From the human T2T-CHM13v2.0 reference genome, Homo sapiens, in NCBI RefSeq assembly GCF_009914755.1, contig NC_060947.1: a stretch of DNA of 64,000 nt; one strand, written 5' to 3'. Both the position numbers and the translations under genes were made by a program. Under the pieces are notes generated by a model. The model ran no database searches, was not told the origin of the DNA, and worked only from the letters and a program-made list of their open reading frames with translations. Below, piece after piece: positions 1-20,199 of this stretch. How positions within the stretch are numbered: the first letter of the stretch is position 1; each line of letters opens with the position of its first letter.

Positions 1-279
1 GTTCTAGCTTTGTTGTGGCTTTATCTAAAAAGAAAGGTATGGTTGATTAATCAAAATTGCCAAATATAAGCGAGCACTACCTAGTTGTTAATCCTTCAGA
101 ATGTGAACTTATGGCCTCAGATCACAAGCAGAGTCCTAATACGTCTGTTTCCATTTATTTACAGCAACGATATTCGACATATTTCACCTCAATATTAATC
201 GTTTTTTCTTGGTTTTATAGATGTTTCACTTCTCTGATGAAAATTTCCTCTTTCAGCAGAATTGCAAAAAGAGATGGAT

Positions 280-343
280 GGGGGAAAGAAAGGGAGAGGA
301 AGATGTGGGGGAGAGAGAGAAAGTGAGAGAGAGAGAGGAGAAA
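280..343 (+). repeat. GA-rich polypurine low-complexity tract
   Basis: ggggaaagaaagggagagga...gagagagagaggagaaa. Confidence 0.7.
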
Positions 344-2837
344 TTTCATATAATCTATGTGTTTTAACAGAAATAAAGAAAATGGAGAGAATTCAGGTAT
401 AAAATATTCAAATCTTTCTATAACTAATATGGGCAGGCCTGAATTTAAATGCTTCCTGTTAACCTTTTCATTCTCTTCTTGCTCAACATACTCACTCTCT
501 GTCAGATTTTCCTCATGCCTGAACAATAACATATATGGAGCCAATATTTTGCCTTATGACAACCTGTTTAATAATCTGCTGTAAGAAATATACTGTCTCT
601 CAAATCAGGGAAAACTTGTGTATAATAGAAACTTACTGAAGCCCAGTGAAGTTTAATAGAATGAAAGTTGTTCAAATATACATGTAAATAGCATAGGTGA
701 AAATAATACACGTTATCTAAGAGTTAGTTACACACGTATTGCTCAGCAAATGCATCTGTTACTCCAAATATTTTCTAATTGCATATACCCAATCTGGTCA
801 GGCCATTCAATATAAACTTACTTTGAAAAAATTAAAATAAAATATTAGATGAGGGATGACAAGTAGTTTTTAACTTATGTGCAAGTTCAAAATTACTGAT
901 AATGGTTGCCTGCAGTTCTCATAAAAATAATTAAGACATTGCTTTCGATTTTAGTGAGAAAAATGGTCATAATTGATTGGTATATCTGTCATTTGTTCAA
1001 AATAGGGAGTAATACATATGGTGTATTTACTCACCCTGCGTTAGAAAGTAATGTATATAAAACTGAACATATTCATCCAAATGTATTACATAATAGAATT
1101 TTCCTCCAGTGTCATTTTTGCTCCATTATTTTTCTAAATTTAAGAATTTTAGTAAGTTGTCATGCTATTCTTATGACATCCCCAATAAACTCACTTCATA
1201 CAAAAAGGCAATCACTATAAAATATGAAACGAGTTGATTTGATGTACTACTAAATAACGTTGCCCTCAGATACTCTTGTTCTAAATATTATAGTTTGGTA
1301 TCTCCATTGGATCCTTTTCTCAATTTCCCCCATGATTCCTCTTGAATTTATATTATTATCTTATGCTACTTGTAAAATAATTTCAGTTTGTCTCTTTTGA
1401 GTCTATTTATCCCATTTCTCTTCCTCCTACTATTTTTGCTTATAAAATTAAAACAGATATTTAAAGCTCAAATGTTGAGAAGCCATGCAGTTAACATAAG
1501 TCTTTGAATTTAACAATACACGCTAAATTATCACCCTCAAGCATAACATATGCCCAGATACTTCGCCTCTTTTTCCAAGATTAGCATTCAATCACTGGGC
1601 TATATATAATCCATTTTATGGCCATTTTGCAATGCCTTAACTAAAGAAGTAATTACATTTAGTTATCAAGAAGTTATCTGCCTCATTATAGGCAATGGTC
1701 ATTGGATAATCTCAGGTGTGATACTTTTGCCCAACTTCCACAGGATAAATTGACATGTGAGAGGATGGACTGGAGTAACTGTCCCAACTAGTTGAAAAAA
1801 GAGATAACTAATATTTTCCTTATCTTTTAAAAAGGCCTTTAAGATGTACTTTAACTTATATAATGGGCATCAAAAGAGATACAAGCTTGATGTAAAATGC
1901 TTTATAAGGCATATTTTATGCACTTATGTGTTTCTTATTTAAAGGAAAATCTGCATTACTGATATGCTATAAGGTACCCTCCAACACAAGTGGATAAAAA
2001 TCTGTTTTGAATGCTTGGAGATACTTCATATGTCTTCTCTTTAGATCTATGTTTTTCTATTTTTTAAAAGAGTTTATTAGACAGAAACAAAGCAAGAATT
2101 AACACTCCAAGTTAACACCCTTTTCTTGGTGCTTTACTATAACATAACTTGCAGATGGTGGGAAGAGGAGGAAATTTTGGATTAGATAATAATATTTACA
2201 TAGCTCAGGCTTGTATACATTTTACAACATGTAAGCTGTGTTTGTGTTTCTGGTTCAATTAAAAGTATTTTGAAAACATTGCATTTTTTGCTAAGCAATA
2301 CATCTTGATGGATTAAGTGAAAACATTCGGAAAACATTATTTGTATTTCATAGTGTTTCTATGACCTCCAGAAAGAAAATTGAAAGTATTTGGTAGTAAT
2401 TTGTGAAGAATCACTTTTGGATTTTGGAAAGATTTTAATAGCTAGATATAGTGTAGATAAAATATTTCTGTAGAACTGCTATTTCCAAAGAATATCTAGA
2501 AGATTTCTGGATAGTTTCAGTAATAATGAAAGGGATAGAAAACTGTTTTTATCCAAAGTTCAAGGAAAATCTATTAAATGTGTATTTTTTCTATAAATAA
2601 ATGAGATCACTTTTAATAGGCTTATTATATTTTCTATGAAAGCTGATGACCCCAATATGACTATTCTTCATGTGGAAATATAAAATTTGAAAGTTGTGAT
2701 GCTTTTATATATGTTGATATTTCTAGACTGGTAATCATATATACATTATATATATATATGCAAATATATTTACAACAAGAATTTAAAAAGCAAAAATTTA
2801 TTTTCATATACGAAAATATACATTGAGAGTATCACCT

Positions 2838-2960
2838 ACTGGTTAGGACATGTGATGTGGAGTTAGACTGTTTAGTTTGAATCCTGGAGCAATCACTCCT
2901 TAATTTTGTGACCTTGATCAGGTTGCCTATTTTCTCTATATCCAGTGATCATTGCGTTAA
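2838..2960 (+). mobile_element. MIR SINE fragment
   Basis: ggagttagactgtttagtttgaatcctgg...tgtgaccttgatcaggttgcct resembles the MIR core. Confidence 0.6.
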
Positions 2961-3259
2961 ATGAGAAAATAGAAAGCACATAGAAAATAGCTAAAATATA
3001 ACACAATATTATTATCTATAGTTCCATGGCTTCTTTATTATTAGTATTATACATTTCATTTGCCTTCTATCTCCTATCTCTAATATTATTTTTTCCTAAT
3101 GTTTAGTTCTCACTCAACTATTCTATGAGCATGTTTTCTCTTCTACCTTTTTTTGCTGCTGAGGCCTCATTAATTGAGCACGCTAAAAAAAAAAAATCAT
3201 GGATGTGCACAGTTCAAACTGTTCAAGAAGAGATTTGCAATTCAGTTACAAAAATGCCT

Positions 3260-3661
3260 TTTTCTGACAGCCTCTGCTTGTCAGTGTCTTCTGGATGTGC
3301 TTAGCGTTTGAGCCATGCCTTTCCTCTTTCCAGGCAGCCCCCAAGCAATAACTGAGCATGACCGGTCGAGGGCCTAGGTATATCTGCCTGATGAGATGCT
3401 TCATTAAGGGGCAGTATTTGCTGCAGGTCACTCTATAGGTTTGGTCAAAACCTTTCACCAGAGTCTGAAGAGTATCTACCCAATTTTGCTTCCTCCTGCC
3501 TTTCCCTCCATGCATATTCCATCCACAGGCAATCATAAGAATATTGTATTTTGCTTCCTTCCCATTGTATCACACACAGACATTGCTACCCCACACCCCC
3601 AAATTTCACTTTGACACTCCAAATCTACCTCAGCATCTGCCTTACAGGGTAACTGACAGAC
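3260..3661 (+). mobile_element. LTR16A-like ERVL LTR (5' boundary approximate)
   Basis: ttggtcaaaacctttc...ctacccaattttgcttcc and 3' end ctcagcatctgccttacagggtaactgacagaca, followed by PBS-like ttggtgactgaagtg. Confidence 0.55.
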
Positions 3662-5215
3662 AAAATTGGTGACTGAAGTGAACTAAAAAAGCAGTTGATA
3701 AGATGAGAATTGACAATTAGTACCTTATTCCAGGAGGTATGTGAGGCATGGAGTCACTAACACAAGATGATGGCTCAGTTTCTCAGACATTCACCAGTGG
3801 TGAATTGGGAGAAAGTTTCCAGTGGATGAAATTGTCTTCACCTATGTGATGATTCAGCCTCTTGAAAAGTAAAGATGTTGGGGAAATTATGTGTAAAAGT
3901 ACAGTAGAATTTGTTGGTTTTAACTAAGATGCATTGATGCTCTAAAAGAGTAGTTAATATACAATTAAAAATTAAATCTAAAGACCAAAGGGCCTTTTTG
4001 GCAGTTCACCAAGTGGCCCTTATCTCCATAGAGGAAAAACAGAAAAACTACAAACAAAGCTCAGGTATAATAGTTACAGTAACAAAGCTAAAATGGTTAC
4101 TAAATACATAACTGAGTTCTGTTATGTCAAAGTCTGGAGACTTCTTGAGAAAATCTGAGACCAGGACTCATTGTATTGGGGCAACTGAGTAGCTAGCCAT
4201 GAAGAATTTTACTGTTTAGGCACCTCTGTTCCTCAGGACCCACAACAGTGACACTGATTTTCTTAAGGACTACAATTCCCACCATCTGGGAAGATACTAC
4301 AGAGCTGTTTTCCCTGGAAGGATACAGTTCCCCTCCGAAACTGCACCTAGATCTTTTGTAGATGCCAGGCCAAGTATTAGGGATGATCCACAGCATAAAT
4401 CTACTATTGACATTCCATGGGGATACACATAGATTTAGATTTTTAGAGTGCTTGATCAGTGGGGACAGATTATAAGACTAGATAAATAAGGCTATTGACT
4501 TTGAGGACCTCTCTCAAGATACAGAATTTATTGCCTGTCAGGGTCCCTAGTAAGGCAAACATACAGCTAAGATAGTCCCTAGAAAATTAAAGAAAGTGGT
4601 GATCCATGCTGAGTGAAGTGGAAATGTCTGATTTGTGCTGGCATGTGGTAAAGGAAGAACTAAAGAGCCTATGGAGATGGAAAGTTTGGAATAGATACAT
4701 TATGTGAAGCCAGAAGACCTAGCAGAGTATTATATTCCATTGGAGGACCCAGAGGACACACCATTCATTGAAGCCACTGGGTATGCACTGAGGAGAGAGG
4801 CACTAGCTTTCCTAAGAACTTGAGGGGTGGATCTCCTCTGCAGGCTGGGGCTCAATGTAGGATAGGTAGTCACAGAGCTGGGCTCATTAATATCCATGGG
4901 GATGATGTCTTTCACTCCTTCCACCCACAAGTAATAGAGATGAGGTGATAGTAGAGATAGTTCAAAGAGAATGGCATCCCTAGGAGTAACAAGAATATTG
5001 CTTTATATACATATAAATACATGTATAACAATATACAATTTATATATATATAAATTGTATATTATTGTATATTATTCTTGCTTATTCGGTTTTATTTGGA
5101 ATATATATATATAATTTTTTCCAAATAAAGGAAAACAGAATAAGCAAGAAGCTGAGGGCAAACACCTCACAAAATATCTTGGCTGCTGCCCAATTTCAGG
5201 ACTTTAAGGAACATA
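3662..5215 (+). mobile_element. Degenerate ERVL (HERV16-like) internal gag region
   Basis: Follows the LTR; gagtgcttgatcagtggggacagattataagactagataa and tatgtgaagccagaagacc...gaggacccagaggacacaccattca resemble ERVL gag; no intact ORF. Confidence 0.62.
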
Positions 5216-5229
5216 GTTAGCCGCAGGCT

Positions 5230-5233
<4 letters not shown>

Positions 5234-5261
<28 letters not shown>

Positions 5262-5543
5262 GCGGAGACAGGGTTCTTGCTCTGTCACCTGGGCTGGAAT
5301 GCAGTGGTGCAATCTTGGTTCACTGAAACCTCTGCCTCCCAGGCTCAAGTGCTCCTCCCACCTCAGTCTCCTGAGTAGTTGGGACTACAGGCGCAGCCAC
5401 GCCAGGTTAATTATTTGTATTTTTTATAGAGACAAGGTTTCACCACGTTGCCCAGGCTGATCTCGAACTCCTGAGCTCAAGTGATCTGCCCACCTCAGCC
5501 TCCAAAATGCTGGGATTAAAGGCATGAGCCACCATGCCCTGCC
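5234..5543 (-). mobile_element. AluJ
   Basis: Poly-T 5234-5261, full dimer with J-type gctcaagtg..cctcccacctcag; degenerate TSD caggcttcaa/catgattcaa. Confidence 0.95.
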
Positions 5544-7593
5544 CATGATTCAATATTCTTTTAGAAAAATGTCAGGGAAGACAAATATACTTCATCTATT
5601 GATAAACCATCTATTATTTTAGAGAAGTGCATTTGTGAAAATAAGGACATGTCTGAGCTAGACAATCATTTTGAAGAAATTGGGGATAACATCAGAAGAA
5701 GCAATGCCAAAAGTACCATATACTCCTTCACTGTTCTCAACTATATTTTTATCAGTATCGTGTATCCCGCAGATATGCTCAAGGCCCTAATTAGCCAGTA
5801 TCTAGTTAATAATGGTCATTTCATCAAAGGATTATGCTGCTTTTTATATCTAGGAAAAATAGGGAGAAACACAATCTATTCAGTCAAAATTTTAAGGACA
5901 ATTTTCACAGAAAATAGTGTGATTATCACTGAGAACCTACGCGCTCCTGAGAGAGCACAAACTAATATACAACAACATCTGGCAAGTTTTACATCTCACT
6001 TGGCTTTAATTTAATACTGTCTAACAACAAGAAAAATGGAAGGTATCACTTAAACAGCAAAAGACCAGGTCATTCCAAAATTGTAGGTGTACCCATACCT
6101 CTGTTGAAGAATACAGGTCTGGTGGGAGAAAAGCTATGATAATATATGAGTTCAATGGAGAGCTGCTGGCGTAAGTGTCTACAAAGGACTACCTCATGAG
6201 TCCGGAAGGCATATATGTTTCTTCTAAGGAAAACATTCTTTATTGCTCTCAAAAATCTTGAGGTTTACCTGTTTGTTGTAGGGTAGTCACAGTGCTTCCT
6301 TTCCCACCTTTCTCATTTTTGTTACTTCCACAATTATTTTCCCAAATTTTGGGGCCTCAAACTCCAAAGCCATTTTTTGATTGCTCCCTCTCCTTTAATC
6401 CTCACATCTAATTAGGGATACAGGAAATATTTACAAAGGCCTGATTTGTCACTCTATAGTCATGCTGAAAACTCATATGTCCGACTGCATGCTAGTGACC
6501 AGTGCCAACACATGACAATGCTTCATTAAGTAAATAGCCGAAACTGAGAAGCCTGACTTGATCTGCAGTAAATGAGGTGATTGGTTTTGAAATAAAACAG
6601 CAAGGACTTATTGAAGAAACATTCTGCTGAAACTTCTCCTCCCGTATTGAACTCAATTCACAGGTCTTTAGTGTAATAAAGATTTGCTGCAAGGATATTA
6701 ACCAGGGATAAAAGCATATTCTTAGCACAGCTACACTAGAGTCTTATTTTAAAAAGCCTAAGTCACTCCAGAGTACGCAGAAAAATATATCTAAACAGCA
6801 TGTGTTGTATGGCTTTTTTCTTGAATGCCTGATTTTCCATATAGGGGCTTAATTGAAATTCAAATGTTCTAAACTTGATGAATAAAACTTAATAAACATT
6901 TCTTTATTTTATGTAACTGAAGAAAAAAAATCTGTCAAGCTGCTAGTCTCCAAAAGCATTGTATCCTACCCCAATTTGTCATATTGAATTTGATCTAGTC
7001 TTTTTTTTTTCCAAAATTCAAATATTATCACAAGCACTGTGTAGATCAAACCTTATTTATTTGATGATAAGATCTAGCCTTTGGGGTTTCTTATTCTTTG
7101 AATAAGATGAAATGGTTCTTTGAATGGTTCCATTCAAAGAATAAGAACCATTTGCAGAAACCTGCAATTGTTTCTTTTAAGATAGCATCTGAGAACAAGA
7201 GCAGTTTATATATTCTCATAGAATTATGGAAGAGTCATTTGATATCATCTCTCTGTACTCACTGTATTGTTTTTAGTTTACTTGAGCCCCCCTGCTTCTA
7301 CCTTGCTATGGGCCAAGGCAAAGCTATAATACTCACCCTTTTAGTCAACTTGGCAGCTGTCTTAGAAACCGAGGACTTTTTGGCTGCTTTCTTTGCATCA
7401 GGTAGGAGCTTGAGGCTTTCGCTGAGATCTGTGAACCCAGACCCTTGTCTCAGCTCTAGCTACACTACTGTGTCTGTGCCATATTGAATTCAACAGTGTC
7501 AAACACAGGCTTCCAGAATACTCATGATGTGGGCAGAAGAGCTGAATTTTATTATATTTTCAAAACTCATTTGTGTACCTTTATATTAACTTT

Positions 7594-15392
<7,799 letters not shown>

Positions 15393-15654
15393 ATTCCTGT
15401 TTCTATTTCTACATCTCCATGTTCTTTCTCCAACTATCAGAGAGGCCATACTTCCAGCATGTGACAATCTTCTTTACTTCACATTGTCATCTTTTTGGTT
15501 CTGTGGTTTACTCTGGTAAAATTACAGCTTTGAGAATGTCAAGAAAGGCTTATAACTTAAGCTGAGCAATAACTTTTATGCACTTACAAGAATTTAGCAT
15601 CATTTTCCTTCTTCATGGAAGGACTATTGATGAGAAAAACAAAAACAAACAACA

Positions 15655-15962
15655 ATGTCTTCATTTGTACCATAAACTAGGTGGCTTATAAACAACAGAA
15701 ATTAGTTTTTCACTGTTTTGGGGCCTTGGAATTTCAAGGTCAAGGGGACAGCAGATTTGCTGTCTGATAAGGGCCTGCTTTCTTGATCACAGAAGGGGCA
15801 AGGCAGCTCTTTGGGGGCTTCTTTTTTTATATAAGGGGACAAATTCCATTCATGAGGTTCCTGCTCTCATGATTTAATCATCTCCAAAAGGCCTCACTTC
15901 CTCACTTTGGGAATTAGATTTCAAGATTTTTGGGGAGACACAAAATTCATGCCAAATCAAAC
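15655..15962 (-). mobile_element. MLT1A-like MaLR LTR
   Basis: taccataaactaggtggcttataaacaacagaaatt...ttttggggagacacaaaattca. Confidence 0.75.
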
Positions 15963-16074
15963 AGTAAGAATGACCAAAGTGGAGAAATACATCAGACCTT
16001 ATCTCTATACCTATGTTTGTAAATCTATACAGTTTTATTTTATTTTCATTGACTCTTGTGATCTGTTTCTATAT

Positions 16075-16295
16075 TTCTGAGCCAGACTGCCTTAGTCTAA
16101 TTCTAGTTTTATCACTTGTAAGTATATGCTTTTCAACTAGTTAATAATCTCCCAATGCCTCAGTTTCCCATTTATAAAATGGAAATACTAATAGTATCTG
16201 CATCATAAGGTTGTTGGAAAGATTACCTGGGTTAATATATGTACCTACATGTAAAACTTTAGAGCAGTATCTAGCATATAGCCAGCACTAGATAA
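16075..16295 (+). mobile_element. MIR SINE
   Basis: gagccagactgcct...gcctcagtttcccatttataaaatggaaatactaatagta...agagcagtatctagcatatag. Confidence 0.8.
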
Positions 16296-16426
16296 GAATC
16301 AACCTTTCAAATCTAAAATGTGTGTGTTTATATGTTTGTATTCATGTGCATCCTATGGTGATTAGTAATTGAGGAATTATTTAAAGATAACTTATACAAA
16401 ATCACTGATTTTAAATCTAGTGTTTT

Positions 16427-16879
16427 CAATAGCAAAGACTTGGAACCAACCCTAATGTCCATCAATGATAGACTGGATAAAGAAAATTGGCACACATACA
16501 CCATGGAATACTATGCAGCCATAAAAAAGAATAAGTTCATGTCCTTTGCAGGGACATGGATGAAGCTGGAAGCCATCATTCTCAGCAAACTAACACAGGA
16601 ACAGAAAACCAGACACTGCATGTTCTCACTCATAAGTGGGAGCTGAACAATGAGAACATGGGCACAGGGAGGAGAACATCACACACTGGGGCCTGTTGGT
16701 GGGTGGGGGGCTAGGGGAGGGAGAGCATTAAGAGAAATACCTAATGTAGATGACGGGTTGATGGGTGCAGCAAACCACCATGGCACGTGTATACCTATGT
16801 AACAAACCTGCATGTTCTGCTCATGTATCCCAGAACTTAAGTATAATTTTAAAAAAAGAAAAAGAAAGAAAGAAAAAAA
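16427..16879 (+). mobile_element. 5'-truncated L1PA7-like 3' end
   Basis: ORF2 C-terminus (MEYYAAIKKN...CMFSLISGS*), L1PA 3'UTR and A-tail 16851-16879; second TSD copy lies further downstream at 16945-16958. Confidence 0.95.
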
Positions 16880-17935
16880 TCATACAGTGACACTGGATTA
16901 AAAATATATATATATTTACTTAAAAATAAAAAAATAAAAAAATAAAATCTGGTGTTTTTACTTATTTATTTAAAATTACAATTGTAACTCCCAATTGGAT
17001 AAGGGCACTTTTTCTGATTAAAAAAGTGAATACGTGTTTTCCCAGAAAGAGCAGGCACAACAAGGTTACATAGGCAGGAGTGGAAAAGGAGGCACTTTAT
17101 ATAGAATTAGTAAGTGGGGTGCCTTGAAGTCATGCTTTCTAGAGGACAGGCAGATAGGAATTAACTAATTTTAAAAATATTGTGCATACTGCTAGTTATC
17201 ATAGAAGAACAAGTTCAAACAATGATATCTCAAGTATCAGCTTATCACTATAACATTAAGGAATCAAAGTACAGAAGAAAACAGAAGGACAAAATCTGTT
17301 CTAGTTCAGAAATATAACCTAGGGATTTGATCATGTTTTCTTATGTAACAACTAATAATTTTTGTAACACTAACTGAGGATTTTGCAAAATTCAGTACTA
17401 TGATATTGTAAAAATAGCTTGATTATTTATAACTGTGATTATATTCACTTGAATGAATACCTCGTTTTAGATATTTCCTTTTTAATTAGAGAGTAAACAA
17501 TGCAAAACAAAAATCATCAAATTTGGTTGTATGTGGAATTAAAAATACCTTATACTTGAGAGAACACAGTAGCTAAAATTAATCTCCTTGCTAATTTTAA
17601 AAATAAATTATATTCAAATTAAATTCAAATGTCCTATATTGGGTATGGCTTTTAATGGAGGCATTACTTTCGGATGTCCAGACCATAAATATTTTCTTTA
17701 AAAACTTTTAATCAACCCTGAGATACCAAGAAGAATAAAATTTAATTTTTTCTGTGACAAACTGAATTACAGATGTGTTTATTTGCATTAGCAGATGATA
17801 AGAAAAAATAGCTTTCAACACCTTGGAAAACACAAGTATAGTTACAAGTGCCCCAAATAAATAAATTAAAGAAAAAGCATTTCAAAAACAACGTGAATTA
17901 TAATGAAGAGACAGGAATATTGAGTGAATTCAAGA

Positions 17936-18405
17936 TGTGGACCCAGAAAATCTGAGACAGGTCTCTGTTAATTTAGAAAGTTTATTTTGTGAAGGTTGAA
18001 GACACACGCCCATGATACAGCCTCAGGAGGTCCTGATGACATGTGCCCAAGGTGGTCAGAGAACAGCTTGGTTTTTTACATTTTAGGTAGACATGAGACA
18101 TCAATCAATATATGTAAAAACCACATTGGTTCTGTCTGGAAAGGCGGGATAACTTAAAGCAAAGGCAGGGAAACTTGAAGTGGGGAGGGGGCTTCCAGGT
18201 CACAGGTAGGTGAGAGGCAAAAGTTGCATTCTTTTGGAATTTCGGATTAGCCTTTCCAAAGGAGGCAATCAGATATGCATTTATCTCAGTGAGCAAAGGG
18301 ATAACTTTGAATAGAATGGGAGGCAGGTTTGCCCTAAGCAGTTCCAAGCTTGAATTTTCCCTTTAGCTTTGTTATTGTGGGAGTCCAAGATATTTTCCTT
18401 TCACA
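17936..18405 (-). mobile_element. MER4A/MER4A1 solo LTR (ERV1)
   Basis: Reverse complement begins tgtgaaaggaaaatatcttgg; TG...CA termini; homologous to the copies at 26475 and 54627. Confidence 0.9.
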
Positions 18406-19764
18406 AAAATAACGTTGTGCAAAATGTCTTTCAGAAACAATATGGGTTTTATATGTGTAAGTAAAAAAGAGCATATCGTATCAGAGATTATCTTTTGCCT
18501 TCATTAAATATTTCCAGTTGGAGATTTTCTTTACTTTGCCCCGCCTCTATATTTTCTGTCAACTCCTTCTGCCAGCCTCATGAATATCTGTGCTCCATAT
18601 TCTAATTATACACTCTGCTCCAGGTGAAGCCCCTTATGCATATTATTGATGTCCATATTACTAAGATCAGTAATCGGTTTACCTAGAACTTATTTATACA
18701 TTTATATCTACACTTTAATGAATTTTGTTCATTTACCCAGTTATGCTGTTTTCTTATGAACCATAAAGCTCAGAAATATGGAGCAAAGAAAAGATGATGG
18801 TAGAAATAAAAGTGCTTCCCCTGATAGGTATTTTGATTCCTCCTATCTTGTTCTTAGATCTGTCAGCAAGTGTTCCCTAAAATCTCCAACATTCAATACT
18901 CTCACAAGCTTATTTTAAACAGTCTTCACTTCTGACCTGTAAACAGAAAAAAAAATTGCGAGAGAAAAATAATTCTAAACATTCTCACTTTAAACATGCA
19001 TTGTTGTTTCTCAGATGAAGTTCTTAGAATCATAATTTGCAGAAGAGTTTATCTTAAAACTTTAAGCTATCATATTGATCATATCTCATTAAAAACACAT
19101 TTTCTTTCAAAGTCTTGAAATGCTAGCAAGCTTGTAGGTTCATATTTTACTTTATCTTATTCCCTTTGAACTCTCCCAAGTAATTTAATTTCTTAAATTC
19201 ACCTTGAGCAAACTATTTTTTGCTATCTGCCAGAAAGCAGCTACCATAATCCAAGACCATGGTGGGCAATGTGATTTCTCTAAAGATAAATTCATTCTTA
19301 TTATCTGATCACCTCTGGAGGATGAATTCCCCATGCTGTATGAATCTAGAATATTATTCATTAAACCTATTGAGCCTGCAACATGATCAAATACAGGTAG
19401 TACCTGTATAAAACCAGTGGAACTGTTGGAGTCAGGAAAATATAGTTCAGTTCACCACAGGATATTCCAATGACTATAAATTAATCAGCTTGCCTTTAGT
19501 ACCTCCTCCAGATCCCAAGAGAGACAATACAAAGTAGGCAAAAATTGATTTGGGCCTAAGTTTAGAAATATCTCATTTTTGGTAGATTCAAACTTTGTAA
19601 TGGTAGTTTAAAAAGACGTTTTCACAATTCCCGTATTTCTAAAATAATTTTAGACTTATCTGAATTTTTGTATTTAAATATCTAGAAGTTCAGAATTGAG
19701 GATTATTTGACTTAGGTTAAAATTTTTATTTATACCACCTATATAGTAGAGATAATTCAAAGCT

Positions 19765-19875
19765 TCTTGTCAGGGTTTTAGATTCCAAGCTTATGCTGCT
19801 GCTGACTCAGTGACCAGAGAGAGTTTCTTAAACTTTTCAGCCTCCATTTTCTCATGCATAAAATTAGTAGTATAG
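19765..19875 (+). mobile_element. MIR fragment
   Basis: ttcttaaacttttcagcctccattttctcatgcataaaatt. Confidence 0.5.
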
Positions 19876-20199
19876 CAGGAGTGATACTTTAATTATTTAA
19901 CAGCCAGTATTATAAAGGCACTGGCCAATCAACATAATTTCAATCAGAATAATACTAGCCAACAGGTGTAAATCAGGTTAAGTCAGCTGGCTTTATAAAT
20001 TGTATTCAAAAGGAAGTCATTATACTAAGGCTAGAAATGAAGTTTCATCTCCTATGACATATTTTACTTATTGTGAATGGCTTCTTAAAATAGTATGTTG
20101 AGAGGAACAGTGAAGTCATATTTGGCTTCTGAGGAGAGATATTGCTCTGATAAATTAGCCACATTTTCCAGATGTATAGGAAAGTAAAGTGGTGTTTGT

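Noticed and set aside
16440-16646. 68-aa ORF with a real protein-like sequence
   Set aside because: It is the C-terminal remnant of L1 ORF2p in a 5'-truncated copy
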